This document shows, in pieces, positions 38,332-52,082 of a stretch of 64,000 nt of DNA. Positions within the stretch are counted from its first letter, which is position 1. Each line of letters opens with the position of its first letter. The translations under genes were made by a program, and so were the position numbers. The stretch covers positions 1 to 64,000 of the forward strand of contig MCFE01000239.1 in NCBI GenBank assembly GCA_002104905.1. The letters are read 5' to 3'. The notes under the pieces were generated by a model, which did not search any database, was not told the DNA's origin, and worked only from the letters and a program-made list of their open reading frames with translations. This DNA comes from Basidiobolus meristosporus CBS 931.73 (Eukaryota; Fungi; Basidiobolomycota).

Positions 38332-41300
38332 TGTTGTAAAAATTTGTATATCCACCTATATATTCACCTAACTTAGTCACTTAGATCATCACCTTCAAAT
38401 CCTAGAGAATACTGACCAAATTCCTTGTTGGGATTTACTTAGAATGTTTTTCACCAAAATACCAGGTACCCAGAACATGAAAATTCTCAAAGTTGTCCAA
38501 ACAGCCCCAAACTTTGCACACATGTTCTTGGGACCTTCCTTAACCTATTCTACATGCTTGTAATGCTAAGACCATGTAAAAAGATAAATACTACTTTTAC
38601 ATTCAGTAAATCATTAAGTGAAAACCACATAATCTACTTGTCCTCCCAAATCAGTTCTAATATCTCCAAGACTCTTACAACAGGTTATGAGCCCCAAGTG
38701 GTCACTTGCTGCAATGTCGACTACTGCTATTACTGAAATTTTTCCCTCTGCTGAAAAGTTGGATGGATCTAACTACCAAGTGTGGAAGGTGAAGATGAAG
38801 ATTCTGCTACAAGAAAGAGGCCTTTGAGATATTGTCACAGGTGAAGAATGCCCTCCTAAAAATGTGGGAGAGGAAGCCTTAAAGTACCAGAAGAAAGAGC
38901 AAAGTGACTTTAACTGCATTTGCCTTAATGTCAAGGACAAATTGCTAATTCAATGCTCAAGAGCAAAAATGGCAAAGAACTGAAGATTTGACCTTAAATT
39001 ACGTATATGGAAGGCTCCTGGATGAAGAATTAAGAAAATCAAGTGCCAATAAGAAGGAAGAAGAAAATGCTTTAATAAGCAATGATAGCCAACAAAGAAG
39101 ATACCCAAGACCCTACAAAGGCAACAGCAACCTATTTTGCAACTACTGCAAAAGGAAAGGACACACATCAGACCGGTGTCTCAAAAAGAGAGATTATCAG
39201 CAAAAGAAGCCTGAATATGGAAATGCTGCAACAACTGAAGATAGACTATTCATATCTGCACTGAATATGACCACAAACAAGGATTCTCAGAAGTGGTATA
39301 TTGACTCTGGAGCTTCTCAACACTTTACACACCAAAAAGAGCTTTTTACCCAATATCAAGAAATTCCAATTAAGAAGGTTTTCATGGGTGACAATAGAAT
39401 ACTTGATGCAGTGGGAGAAGGAACTATCCAAGTAAACCTTAGAAGCAGTGAAGGAAGCCATACACTGACCTTTAAAGAAGTACTCTACGTACCAGAAATA
39501 GCCAAGAACCTACTCTCTGTAAGCAAGGCCAAAGCAGAACAACTCAGTTTCAGTTTTGACAATTCTGGATGCAGGATCACTGATCAAAATGGTGCCCATA
39601 TTGCTTTGGGCATCAGAGATCAGAATCTATACAAGTTGACTTATATTCCATCATATTTGGAAGCCAATATAAGTAACTTAAATGAAGAAACACCAATGCT
39701 TTGGCGCAGGAGATTTGGACACATCAATTTTGATTATTTGCGTAAAATGATCATAGATCATCTAATTTCTGGAGTGAAAATTGATCCCCCAGCTAATTTG
39801 GAGCACTGTGAAGCCTGCATATATGGGAAACAAGCCAGACAACCTTTCAAGAGCTCTGGGTTAATCAAAACTAAGAAAAAATTAGATCTAATTCACTCAG
39901 ATCTGTGTGGACCTATGCAAAATTTATCCCTAGGTGGGATGAAGTATTTATTCACTTTTTTGATGATTATACAAGATACACATGGGTCTACTTCATGGAG
40001 AAAAAGGAAGAAGCTCTGTCTAAGCTCAGGGAGTTTAAAGCCATGGTGGAGAGAGAAACTGGTGAAAAAATCAAGAAAATACGCTCTGACAATGGTGGAG
40101 AATATACCTCAAAACTCTTCATCCACTTCTGCAGAATTCATGGGATAAAGCAAGAGACTACTGTACCATACTCCCCACAGCAAAATGGAGTAGCAGAATG
40201 AGCTAACAGATCAATAATTGATATGGCAAGATCTATGATCCATGATCAAAAATTATCCTATGATTTTTGGGCGGAATCAGTTGCCACTGCTGTATACCTT
40301 AAAAATAGGAGTTATAACAGAATACTTTGTGATTCTACTCTATTTGAAGCATAGTATGGATACAGACCAAGTGCAGAGCATCTATGAATATTTGGGTGTA
40401 CAGCATATGCCAAAAAACTGGCCTGAAATCAGTCAAAATTTGAGCCAAAAAGTGTAAAATGCATATTTTTGGGCTACTGCAATGAGAGTAAGGCATACAG
40501 ACTCTACAATACCAAAGCAAAGAAGCTGAGCAAGTCCAGGGATGTGTTGTTTGATGAAAATTCAAAATTTTCACAAAAAATGACATCAGATGATGACATA
40601 AATTTGATATCAAGTTCACCAATTGTCAGGATTGAATCAGAGCAAAACAATGAAAATTCTTTCACTCCAGAGGACTCTGCAGCCATGGTTCAGCCAGAAT
40701 CAGTGCCCAGGAATATCCCAGAAGTGATCATTCCAGTATCAAATGCCTGGAGATCCAATCAGACAAGAAATAGCCCAAATTACTATATCAATGAGGGTAC
40801 AAACTTAGCCTATGCCTATTCAGTCCATGTTGATGAACCCCAGACTGTAAAAGAGGCCCTAAATAGCCCTCAGACAAAGCTTTGGAGATCTGCAATGACT
40901 GAGGAATATCAGGCCCTGATGGAAAATCAAACTTGGGACTTAGTCAAATTACCAATCAACCAAAAATCAATTGGATGCAGATAGGTATTCAAGACAAAAT
41001 ACAAAGCTGAAGGTACAATCAAAAGATACAAAGCAAGACTTGTAGCCAAAGAATACTCTCAAACAAAAGGACTTGACTATACTGAGACCTTTGCACCGGT
41101 AGCCAAGTTTAATTCCATCAGATTAATATTGGCTATTGCAGCCAAATATAAGTTTTTTATTCATCAAATGGATGTAAAAACTGCATTTTTGAATGAAGAA
41201 CTTGATGAGGACGTGTATATAGACTAGCCTGATGAGTTTGTTGACCAAGATAACCCCCATTTGGTCTGCAAGCTTAAAAAGTCACTATATGGTCTCAAAC

Positions 41301-42767
41301 AATCACCAAGAGCCTGGAATTGCAAGATAGATTCTTATTTGGAATCCTTGAGTTTCAAAAGAAGTAATGCTGACTATAGTATATACTATAAGCCAGATAG
41401 AGCAAATCCAGTTCTATTAGCTCTATATGTGGATGATCTTATTATAGCCGCCAATAACCTAAGAATATTGGAAGTGACTAAATCTAGGCTATCTAAGGAG
41501 TTCAAGATGTCTGATCTAGGAGAACTTAGTTACTACTTAGGGATTAAGTTCTCCATAGACAGAAGTACCCAGAATATCACCCCAAGTCAATCCAAGTATA
41601 TTCAAGATATACTAAAGAAGTACAAAATGGAAGATTGTAAACTGGCAGCTATCCCAATGGAGACAAACCTTAACTTGGTCAAAACTCAACCAAATCAGCA
41701 GAGCTTGGTGCCATCTGGAAGCCCTGACGTTCCTTATCAATCTATGATTGGCAGTCTGATGTATTACATGCTTGGAACACGTCCAGATATCTCATATTCA
41801 GTGGGAGTTGTCAGCCAACATAATCAGAACTATGGATCTGATCATATTGCAGCAGTTAAGGGGATTTTTAGATACCTAAGAGGAACTGCTGATATCTGCT
41901 TAAGATACACTTATAAGAGCTCAGAACAGGATCTTGTGGGATACTCTGATGCTGATTGGGGACAAAATTTAGAAGACAGAAGATCCATCACAGGATACAC
42001 CTTTCTTTACTGTAAAGGAGCAATTTCATGGAATTCAAGAAAGCAACCAACCGTAGTACTTTCCACCACAGAGGCAGAGTATATGGCAGCCTGTGAAGCT
42101 ACAAAAGAAGCAATGTGGTTAAGAAAGCTCTTTACAGATTTAGGCCTATGCCAAAAAATGCCTATTACTTTATTTCAAGATAATCAAGGATGTATACAAT
42201 TAGGTAGAAATCCAACTTTTCATGCTAGAACCAAGCACAAAGATATTAGACATCATTTCATATGTGAGCGATAGAGAATTACTTAGTTAGCTTAGTTTAC
42301 TGTCCTACAGATGAAATGCTTGCAGACATATTTACCAAACCTTTAGCTAGAGACAAGTTTAAATATCTTAGGTCAAAATTAGGACTAGTCAGTATGAACA
42401 TTTAGCTGAGTGGGAGTGTTGTAAAAATTTGTATTTCCACCTAAATATTCACCTAACGTAGTCACTTAGATCATCACCTTCAAATCCTAGAGAATACTGA
42501 CCAAATTCCTTGTCAGGATTTACTTAGAATGTTTTTCACCAAAATATCAGGTACCCAGAACATGAGAATTCTCAAAGTTGTCCAAACAGCCCCAAACTTT
42601 GCACACATGTTTTTGGGACCTTCCTTAACCTATTCTACGTGTTTGTAGTGCCAAGACCAGGTAAAAGTATAAATACTACTTTTACATTCAATAAATCATT
42701 AAGTGAAAACCGCATAATCTACTTGTCCTCCCAAATCACTTCCAATATCTCCAAGACTCTTACAACA
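38332..42767 (+). mobile_element. Ty1/copia family B copy 1 (gag partly deleted, several stops)
   Basis: 351-bp LTRs at 38332-38682 and 42417-42767, TSD GATTC, PBS 38683-38695, PPT GAGTGGGAG. Confidence 0.95.
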
Positions 42768-43380
42768 GATTCTACAGTGGAATATACAAATTGCACAAGG
42801 GGAGGTAGAGAAAGGAAATACCACTTGGTAAATTGATACAGTAGCATTATACAGAACCAGCTGCAGACTGCCATGCTGCCAATATAATGCCATCAGAGTC
42901 TTGCTGTAAGGTGGTTGAAATACCATCAAGTTTCTTGCCATATAAGGCAATTGGATGTCCTGGCCAGTTGGATCCATTTAAAAGAGTTCTAGAGTGCAAT
43001 AAGACCACAACAATACCATGCAATTAATGTCACAGCACCAATCAAATCTTGTCAAGTTTTATCACTATATTTGGTAGTAAAATTAGCAAAAGCCATCATG
43101 ATCCTGTCATATGATTGTTAACAGGGTCACTAATTCCAAGCTGCTGGTATTATGACAGTCTCTTAATGGGATCCTGACAGCTGATCTGGATTGGATCCAC
43201 CCACAGGACCAAATTATTTTCCACATGGAGATAGTAGTGGGTAAGCAAATAAATAGGGGTGATTCTTCTGTGAAATATATGAATTGAGCAAGGGGAGGTA
43301 GAAAAAGGAAATACCATTAGGAAAACTGGTATTGTTGCAGTATACAGAACTAGCAGTAGGCTGCAATACTACCATGATAA

Positions 43381-46300
43381 TGTTGTAAAAATTTGAATTT
43401 CCACCTAAATATTCACCTAACTTAGTCACTTAGATCATCACCTTCAAATCCTAGAGAATACTGACCAAATTCTTTGTTGGGATATACTTAGAATGTTTTC
43501 ACCAAAATACCAGGTACCCAGAACATGAAAATTCTCAAAGTTGTCCAAACAGCCCCAAACTTGGCACACATGTTCTTGGGACCTTCCTTAACCTATTCTA
43601 CATGTTTGTTATGCCAAGACCAGGTAAAAGTATAAATACTACTTTTACAATCAATAAATCATTAAGTGAAAACCACATAATCTACTTGTTCTCCCAATCA
43701 CTTCCAATATCTCCAAGACTCTTACAACAGGTTATGAGCCCCAAGCTGTCACTTGCTGCAATGTCTACTACTGCTATTACTGGAATTTTTCCCTCTGCTG
43801 AAAAGTTGGATGGATCTAACTACCAAGTGTGGAAGGTGAAGATGAAGATGCTGCTACAAGAAAGAGGCCTTTGGGATATTGTCATGGGAGAAGAATGCCC
43901 TCCTAAAAACGTGGGAGAGGAAGCCTTAAAGTACCAGAAGAAAGAGCAAAGTGACTTTAACTGCATTTGCCTTAATGTCAAGGACAAATTGCTTATTCAA
44001 TGCTCAAGAGCAAAAACGGCCAAGAATGCCTGGAAGGCATTAGAAGACACCTACCAGTCATGTTCAGCTGCCAAGAAGATGTATCTGAGAAGAAAATTCT
44101 TTACTACAAAGATGCTGCCAGGAGAAGAAATGAAAAATCTAATTAACAGAATTACCCTGCTGGTAGATGAGATGGAATCTGTGGGCGTACCAACTACTGA
44201 TGAGGATGTGATAGTTACCATCCTGAGTAGCCTGACAGACAAGTTTCAGGGCCTTGTATCAGCCCTAGAGTCCAGAACTGAAGATTTGACCTTAAATTAT
44301 ATATATGGAAGGCTCCTGGATGAAGAATTAAGAAAATCAAGTGCCAATAAGAAGGAAGAAGAAAATGCTTTAATAAGCAATGATAACCAACAAAGGAGGT
44401 ACCCAAGACCCTACAAAGGCAACAGCAACCTATTTTGCAACTACTGCAAAAGGAAAGGACACACATCAGACCGGTGTTTCAAAAAGAGAGATTATCAGCA
44501 AAAGAAGCCTGAATATGGAAATGCTGCAACAACTGAAGATAGACTATTCATATCTGCACTAAATATGACCACAAACAAGGATTCTCAGACGTGGTATATT
44601 GACTCTGGAGCTTCTCAACACTTAACACACCAAAAAGAACTTTTTACCCAATATCAAGAAATTCCAATTAAGAAGGTTTTCATGGGTGACAATAGAACAC
44701 TTGATGCAGTGGGAGAAGGAACTATCCAAGTAAACCTTAGAAGCAGTGAAGGAAGCCATACACTGACCTTTAAAGAAGTACTCTATGTACCAGAAATAGC
44801 CAAGAACCTACTCTCTGTAAGCAAGGCCACAGCAGAACGACTCAGTTTCAGTTTTGACAATTCTGGATGCAGGATCACTGATCAAAATGGTGCCCATATT
44901 GCTTTGGGCATCAGAGATCAGAATCTATACAAGTTGACTTATATTCCATCATATATGGAAGCCAATATAAGTAACTTAAATGAAGAAATACCAATGCTTT
45001 GGCACAGGATATTTGGACACATCAATTTTGATTATTTGCGCAAAATGATCAAAGATCAGCTAATTTCTGGAGTGAAAATTGATCCCCCAGCTAATTTGGA
45101 GCACTGTGAAGCCTGCATATATGGGAAACAAGCCAGACAACCGTTCAAGAGCTCTGGGTTAATCAAAACTAAGAAAAAATTAGATCTAATTCACTCAGAT
45201 CTGTGTGGACCTATGCAAAATTTATCCTTAGGTGGGATGAAGTATTTAATCACTTTTATTGATGATTGTACAAGATACACATGGGTCTACTTCATGGAGC
45301 AAAAGGAAGAAGCTCTGTCTAAGTTCAAGGAGCTTAAAGCCATGGTGGAGAGAGAAACTGGTGAAAAAATCAAGAAAATACGCTCTGACAATGGTGGAGA
45401 ATATACCACAAAACTCTTCATCCACTTCTGCAAAATTCATGGGATAAAGCAAGAGACTACTGTACCATACTCCCCACAGCAAAATGGAGTAGCAGAATGA
45501 GCTAACAGATCAATAATTGATATGGCAAGATCTATGATCCATGATCAAAAATTATCCTATGATTTTTGGGCGGAATCAGTTGCCACTGCTGTATATCTTA
45601 AAAATAGGAGTTATAACAGAATACTTTGTGATTCTACTCCATTTGAAGCATGGTATGGATACAGACCAAGTGCAGAACATCTAAGAATATTTGGGTGTAC
45701 AGCATATGCCAAAAAACTGGCCGGAAATCAGTCAAAATTTGAGCCAAAAAGTGTAAAATGCATATTTTTGGGCTACTGCAATGAGAGTAAGGCATACAGA
45801 CTCTACAATACCAAAGCAAAGAAGCTGATCAAGTCCAGGGATGTGCTGTTTGATGAAAATTCAAAATTTTCACAAAAAATGATATCAGATGATGACGAAA
45901 ATCTGATCTCAAGTCCACCAATTGTCAGGATTGAATCAGAGCAAAACAATGAGAATTTTTTCACTCCAGAGGACTCTACAACCATGGTTCAGCCAGTATC
46001 AGTGCCCAGGAATATCCCAGAAGTGATCATTCCAGTGACAAATGCCTGGAGATCAAATTGGACAAGAAATAGCCCAAATTACTATATCAATGAGGGTACA
46101 AACTTAGCCTATGCCTATTCAGTCCATATTGATGAACCCCAGACTATAAAAGAGGCCCTAAATATCCCTCAGACAAAGTTTTGGAGATCTGCAATGACTG
46201 AGGAATATCAGGCCCTGATGGAAAATCAAACTTGGGACTTAGTCAAATTACCAATCAACCAAAAATCAATTGGATGCAGATGGGTCTTCAAGACAAAATA

Positions 46301-48065
46301 CAAGGCTGATGGTACAATTGAAAGATACGAAGCAAGACTTGTAGCCAAAGGATACTCTCAAACAAAAGGACTTGACTATACTGAGACCTTTGCACCGGTA
46401 GCCAAGTTTAATTCCATCAGATTAATATTGGCTATTGCAGCCAAATATAAGTTTTTTATTCATCAAATGGATGTAAAAACTGCATTTTTGAATGGAGAAC
46501 TTGATGAGGACGTGTATATGGACCAGCCTGATGGGTTTGTTGACCAAAATAACCCCCATTTGGTCTGCAACCTTAAAAAGTCACTATATGGTCTCAAACA
46601 ATCACCAAGAGCCTGGAATTGCAAGATAGATTCTTATTTGGAATCTTTGAGTTTCAAAAGGAGTAATGCTGACTATAGTATATACTATAAGCCAGATAGA
46701 GCAAATCCAGTTCTATTAGCTCTATATGTGGATGATCTTATTATAGCCACCAATAACCTAGAAACATTGGAAGAGACTAAATCCTGGCTATCTAAGGAGT
46801 TCAAGATGTCTGATCTAGGAGAACTTAGTTACTACTTAGGGATTAAGTTCTCCATAGACAGAAGTACCCAGACTATTACCCTAAGCCAATCCAAGTATTT
46901 TCAAGATATACTAAAGAAGTACAAAATGGAAGATTGTAAACCGGCAGCTACCCCAATGGAGACAAACCTTAACTTGGTCAAAACTCAACCAAATCAGCAG
47001 AGCTTGGTGCCATCTGGAAGCCCTGACTTTCCTTATCAATCTATGGCCGGCAGTCTGATGTATTACATGCTTGGAACACGTCCAGATATCTCATATTCAG
47101 TGGGAGTTGTCAGCCAACATAATCAGAACTATGGATCTGATCATATTGCAGCAGTTAAGCAAATTTTTAGATACCTAAAGGAACTGCTGATATCTGCTTA
47201 AGATACACTTATAAGGATTCAGAACAGGATCATATGGGATACTCTGATGCTGATTGGGGACGAAATTTGGAAGACAGAAGATCCACCACAGGATATACCT
47301 TTCTTTACTGTAAAGGAGCAATTTCATGGAATTCAAGAAAGCAACCAACCGTAGGACTTTCTACTACAGAGGCAGAGTATATGGCAGCCTGTGAAGCTAC
47401 AAAAGAAGCAATGTGGTTAAGAAAGCTCTTTACAGATTTAGGCCTATGTCAAAAAAACGCCTATTACTTTATTTCAAGATAATCAAGGATGTATACAATT
47501 AGGTAGAAATCCAACTTTTCATGCTAGAACCAAGCACATAGATATTAGACATCATTTCATACGTGAAGCTATAGAGAATAACTTTGTTAGCTTAGTTTAC
47601 TGTCCTACAGATGAAATGATTGCAGACATATTTACCAAACCATTAGCTAGAGACAAGTTTGAATATCTTAGGTCAAAATTAGGACTAGTCAGTATGAACA
47701 TTTAGCTGAGTGGGAGTGTTGTAAAAATTCGTATTTCCACCTAAATATTCACCTAACTTAGTCACTTAGATCATTACCTTCAAATCCTAGAAAATACTGA
47801 CCAAATTCCTTGTTGGGATTTACTTAGAATATTTTCACCAAAATACCAGGTACCCAGAACATGAAAATTCTCAAAGTTGTCCAAACAGCCCCAAACTTTG
47901 CACACATGCTCTTGGGACCTTCCTTGACCTATTCTACGTGTTTGTTATGCCAAGACCAGGTAAAAGTATAAATACTACTTTTACAATCAATAAATCATTA
48001 AGTGAAAACCACATAATCTACTTGTTCTCCCAATCACTTCCAATATCTCCAAGACTCTTACAACA
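43381..48065 (+). mobile_element. Ty1/copia family B copy 2, near-intact
   Basis: 349-bp LTRs at 43381-43729 and 47717-48065 (about 11 differences by eye), TSD GATAA, PBS 43730-43742. Confidence 0.96.
43761..47705 (+). pseudogene. Copia-B2 gag-pol: one TGA (45498-45500) and two frameshifts (~47180, ~47455)
   Basis: Gag knuckle CNYCKRKGHTSDRC, protease WYIDSGAS, GAG-pre-integrase HCEAC, integrase [24 protein letters not shown], RNase H YSDADW/TEAEY. Confidence 0.93.
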
Positions 48066-48419
48066 GATAATGCCATCAGAGGCTTGAAATGAGGCTGTCA
48101 AAACACTGTCAAGTTTTTTGCCATATAAGCCAATTGGGTGCACTGGCTGGTTAAATCCACTCAAATAGTTGTAGAGTGCACCAAGACTGCAATAATGCCA
48201 TGCCACCCTTGGCAAAACACTGCTCAAGCATTGTCATGTTTTTTAACTTTGTTTGGTAGTAAAATTACCCACATTCCATTGCGATCCCATCATAAGATTA
48301 TGTAGATGGTCATTTATTCCAAGCTGTTGGTATTATGACAGTCTCCTGACAGGATCTTGATGGCCTATCCATATTGGATACACCTGCAGGAACACATTAT
48401 TTCTCATAGGATGAGGATA

Positions 48420-49210
48420 CAGACATATCCAATGCCTATTCAGTGCAGCTTGATGTGACTCAGACTGTAGATGAGACTCTAAATGGCACTCAGACAAAGA
48501 TATGAAGTTTGCAATTACTGAAAAGTACCTGGCTATGATGAAAAATTAAACTTGGTACTTGGTCAAAATACCAATCGACTAAAATCAATTGGATACAGAT
48601 GGGTCTATGTCTAAGAGTATCTTTTGCCACAAGTTTTGTCTTGTATTTTTCAATTATACCATTGGAATTATACTTTGTTTCAAAGAGACTGGACTACACT
48701 GAAATCTTTGCACTGGTAGCCAACTTTAATACCATCATACTAATATTGGTCCTACAGATGAAATGATTGCAGAAATATTTACCAAACCATTGGCCAGAGA
48801 CTAATTTGAACATCCCCAATCACAATGAGGACTACTTGTTATGAGTGTTTAGCCAAGCAGGAGTATTGTACAAGTTTGTGATTTCACATGGATACTAACC
48901 TAGCTTGGTAACTTGGATCACTACCTAAGAACTTTAGATAATTCTTGGCACATTCCTTTTTAGAATTCACCTCAAATATTTCTGCCAAAATATCCGGTAC
49001 ATAGAACATGAAGTTTTTATATGCTGTCCAAACAGCCCCAACTTTTGCACACATGCTCTTGGGACTTCTCTAAGCATATTCTACATGTTTGCTCTGCCAA
49101 GACCATTTAAAGTATAAATACCACTCTTACATTCAATAAATCATTGAGTGAAAGCACATTATCTACTTGGTCTTCCAATCACTTCCTATATCTACAAAAC
49201 TCTTACAACA
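48420..49210 (+). mobile_element. Deleted copia-B remnant with diverged 3' LTR (48864-49210)
   Basis: Patchwork similarity to ~46110-46430 and ~47600-48065. Ends CTTACAACA. Confidence 0.75.
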
Positions 49211-52082
49211 GAGTTGCCAGCTTACATCTCATAATCCATCAGCTTTAAAAAGTCTAACCATATGACTTTGTGAAAGGCACAGTGAAGTGCCACACTTGAT
49301 TCACAGTAAGAAAAAAAATTAAGAAAAGGCCAGCAGAATACTGTAAAAATATTGGCTGAAATCCAAGTTTCTCAGAACTAACAATTCTCAATATGTCAGG
49401 CTTTAGCAATTGGGCAGACAAGACGGCATATTTTCCAAGAGGAGACTAAGCCAACTAGCATTCATACCAGATTTGGTAATCAGCTGCTTGCTACTTGCAT
49501 CAAAAGTTGTAACTGAACATTTAAAGGAAAACACCAGCTGAAAATTAGGTGAACTCCAAATTTGCAATTTTACATAGGGGCACAATTTCCATCTTTTCTC
49601 TACATATATATATAGCACAAAAGTTCACCCTAGCTTTCTCTGAAAGCTTAGCAGATATTCCAAGACTACTGATTGATTTCACAAAGTCCACAATTTCCTG
49701 GAACCAAAAGTAGTGTCAAGGCACAGTCAACGAGGTAACTCTAAGGCTAGAAGCAATACCAGGCCCAATCTGGTGTATATCCTTAAACCATCAGGCTGAT
49801 ATCTGACTATTTAAGCTGTCCAAGTCTTCCCAACTATTAGATAATGTTGTTCTTCTAGGCGATAATAAATTAGACAGCTTGGATACAAATTTGATCAATC
49901 GATTGGATTTAAACAGCAGAGCTCTCCGAATTCGATATTTCGAACTTCTACCAATGCCAGGCTGTGTCCATGTGGTTACTCCTGGCCAATGGGCTAGGAT
50001 TTGGTATGGGTGGATTTGGCGATCACATATGATTGGCATATGACGAATACTTAGCCAATATACCCAACCTGGGTACCAATAGAACACGCGTAAATTAACC
50101 AGCAAACTCCGGTAATTTCGATGAGCTTGCATCAACCTAAAATCAAGATTCAGAGGATGGACATGAACATCAGGAGGCCCTCATGGCGTGATAAGATGGA
50201 CTGGAATTCGATTTGAAGGTTTGGATGGGGCCATATTAATTTTCCCAACATCTCTCGTGGTTGCATAAGGTGAATACCCTGCGACGATGTGGACCGATAC
50301 TCGTGCCTGCCCCACCAAGACCTCATGGCTGGCGCAAATTCCCCTCCGCTAAATGGCAGATGACGGGGAGCCCCCCCCCCTCGGCCTATTCTTCAGCCCG
50401 TGTGCATAGAGGCATTTGCACACTTGAGATTCTAGAGACTTCCATCGCTTGCAACTTACCAAGTTAGAAGGTCGCAAAATTATCTCTGCAGGCGGCACAG
50501 TCAGCTATCGCCCGCCGGCATTCTAGATTGGCTCCTGGACCGGCCTCAAGCAGTACTGCTGCACTATCATGGAAACTCAGCGCTACAGGAGGTGGTGTGC
50601 CATTCGACCGATCTTCAGTGGTAGGAAGATTTGCAGCCAAGAAGTAGGTAAGCAGGCAGGCGATCACAAAGAACAGAGGCGATGGACAAGGATATTTAAG
50701 GCAACTGATGAGCAGGATACACGGGCACATCAGCTGACCCTCTTGGACCTTTGGAGAAAGAGGGGCTATTAAACATTGATTAAGGAAGTCTCACAAGTAG
50801 GCGAGAGTGAGCGCATCGTCCTGGGGGCAACCTGTTGATGCGCATGCGGCACACGGTAGCATCGCTCTATGGCGATTTCGGCCGGAATCCCTTGCTACAT
50901 TGGGCTGTGGTGATTTCTGGTCTCCAGAGCGGATGGGAAAATGAGGGAATGCGCACACTCGGATCACGCAAGGATCGAAGGCCCAAATCTGCCACTCCTA
51001 GAAAATCTAAATGATGGATCCATTTAGGCAAAGTCTGTGTTGTACAACGAGACAGTTCATATTAAGACTCATTAGAGTTCACCACATGCCTCACAGAGCC
51101 TCGCCATCCATGAGTGGGAAGGTTACGCCATGTTGAGCGAAAAGCTCCGATCATGCAACGACAGCCTCCTGAAGAATCCCTTCTTGACCGCATACAGACT
51201 ACCCGGCCCACTTGTAGATGCCTACACCAGGGCTCAATCAAGACTCCACACCACACCAGCCCGCTGCAACCAAAACCGACATGGGCCACCTCAGAGGGCG
51301 GGGTAATTATCGTTCTGGCGACCTCGATCGGCGCGAGCCTAGGAGTGGTCGCTGGGTTAGGAAATATTGTTGGTTTGCATGGTCCACAAATGGGCATCAT
51401 CAGGAACTCAGTAAATCCACCAATTTACAGAATCCCGCTCTGCCCAACAGCGGAAAAATCGAATTTCACCAGTGCTTGGACAGTTTCCTCGACGCTCCAC
51501 ATTCCATCGACGGGGGGCAGATGTATGGTGCCTCAATGGGCAGCGTATTTGACCGCTCTCAAGGCGGAATCAGCCAGGGGCCTGATAGGGAAAGGAACGT
51601 CTCTACTGGTTTAGGAAGTCACCGCTGGGCTGAGTACAATGGACTTTCTCTGCTGGGAATCGCCTTATGAGGCGACGGTGAGACGCAGGCCAGAGTGGAT
51701 TTGGGCAGCTGAAGTGGCACTCTGTTGAATGGAGATGACTGTTCATTTAAGGTTAATTCGATTTCGTTGTTTATGGGCACCATGATGGTCTCCGCAAATC
51801 CCCACCAACGGACGTTCATTCTGACCCTCAGAAATGGAAGAGCAGCGATTTCAGGCTCTGATTCCATAAATACATTGGTCCAAAATGGACTCATTGGCTT
51901 TATTTGTGTACGTGACATAATTAGTTAAATTATGAGAGATGGCTATAAGGAGATCAGGTGGTAATCTAAACTCGACCTGAGATAGGCTCGGAAGGTTCGG
52001 TTAGTCTAAAGCGTATTTGGTGGAGAATTGGCGAAGGCCCCGCTGACGGTGTGCACATATAAATATCTCGCCAGATCTCGAC

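Larger units (their letters stand above)
33690..43215 (+). mobile_element. CACTA/EnSpm copy 2, interrupted by solo LTR-D and copia-B1
   Basis: Colinear with copy 1. Transposase pseudogene ~34546-38290; degenerate 3' end near 43215. Whether 33690-34390 belongs to the element is inferred. Confidence 0.72.
43225..48415 (+). mobile_element. CACTA 3'-terminal fragment (copy 3), interrupted by copia-B2
   Basis: 43225-43380 plus 48066-48415 rejoin to match ~10755-11230. Confidence 0.7.

Noticed and set aside
43602-43760. Recurrent MFVMPRP... ORFs (also 26541-26741, 38554-38736, 42639-42836, 59079-59273)
   Set aside because: They lie in copia-B LTR sequence. The likely gag start is the ATG after the PBS (43761).
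50261-51918. Several overlapping 70-170-aa ORFs on both strands
   Set aside because: No recognisable motifs and no consistent exon chain. A gene or ncRNA cannot be excluded without expression data.
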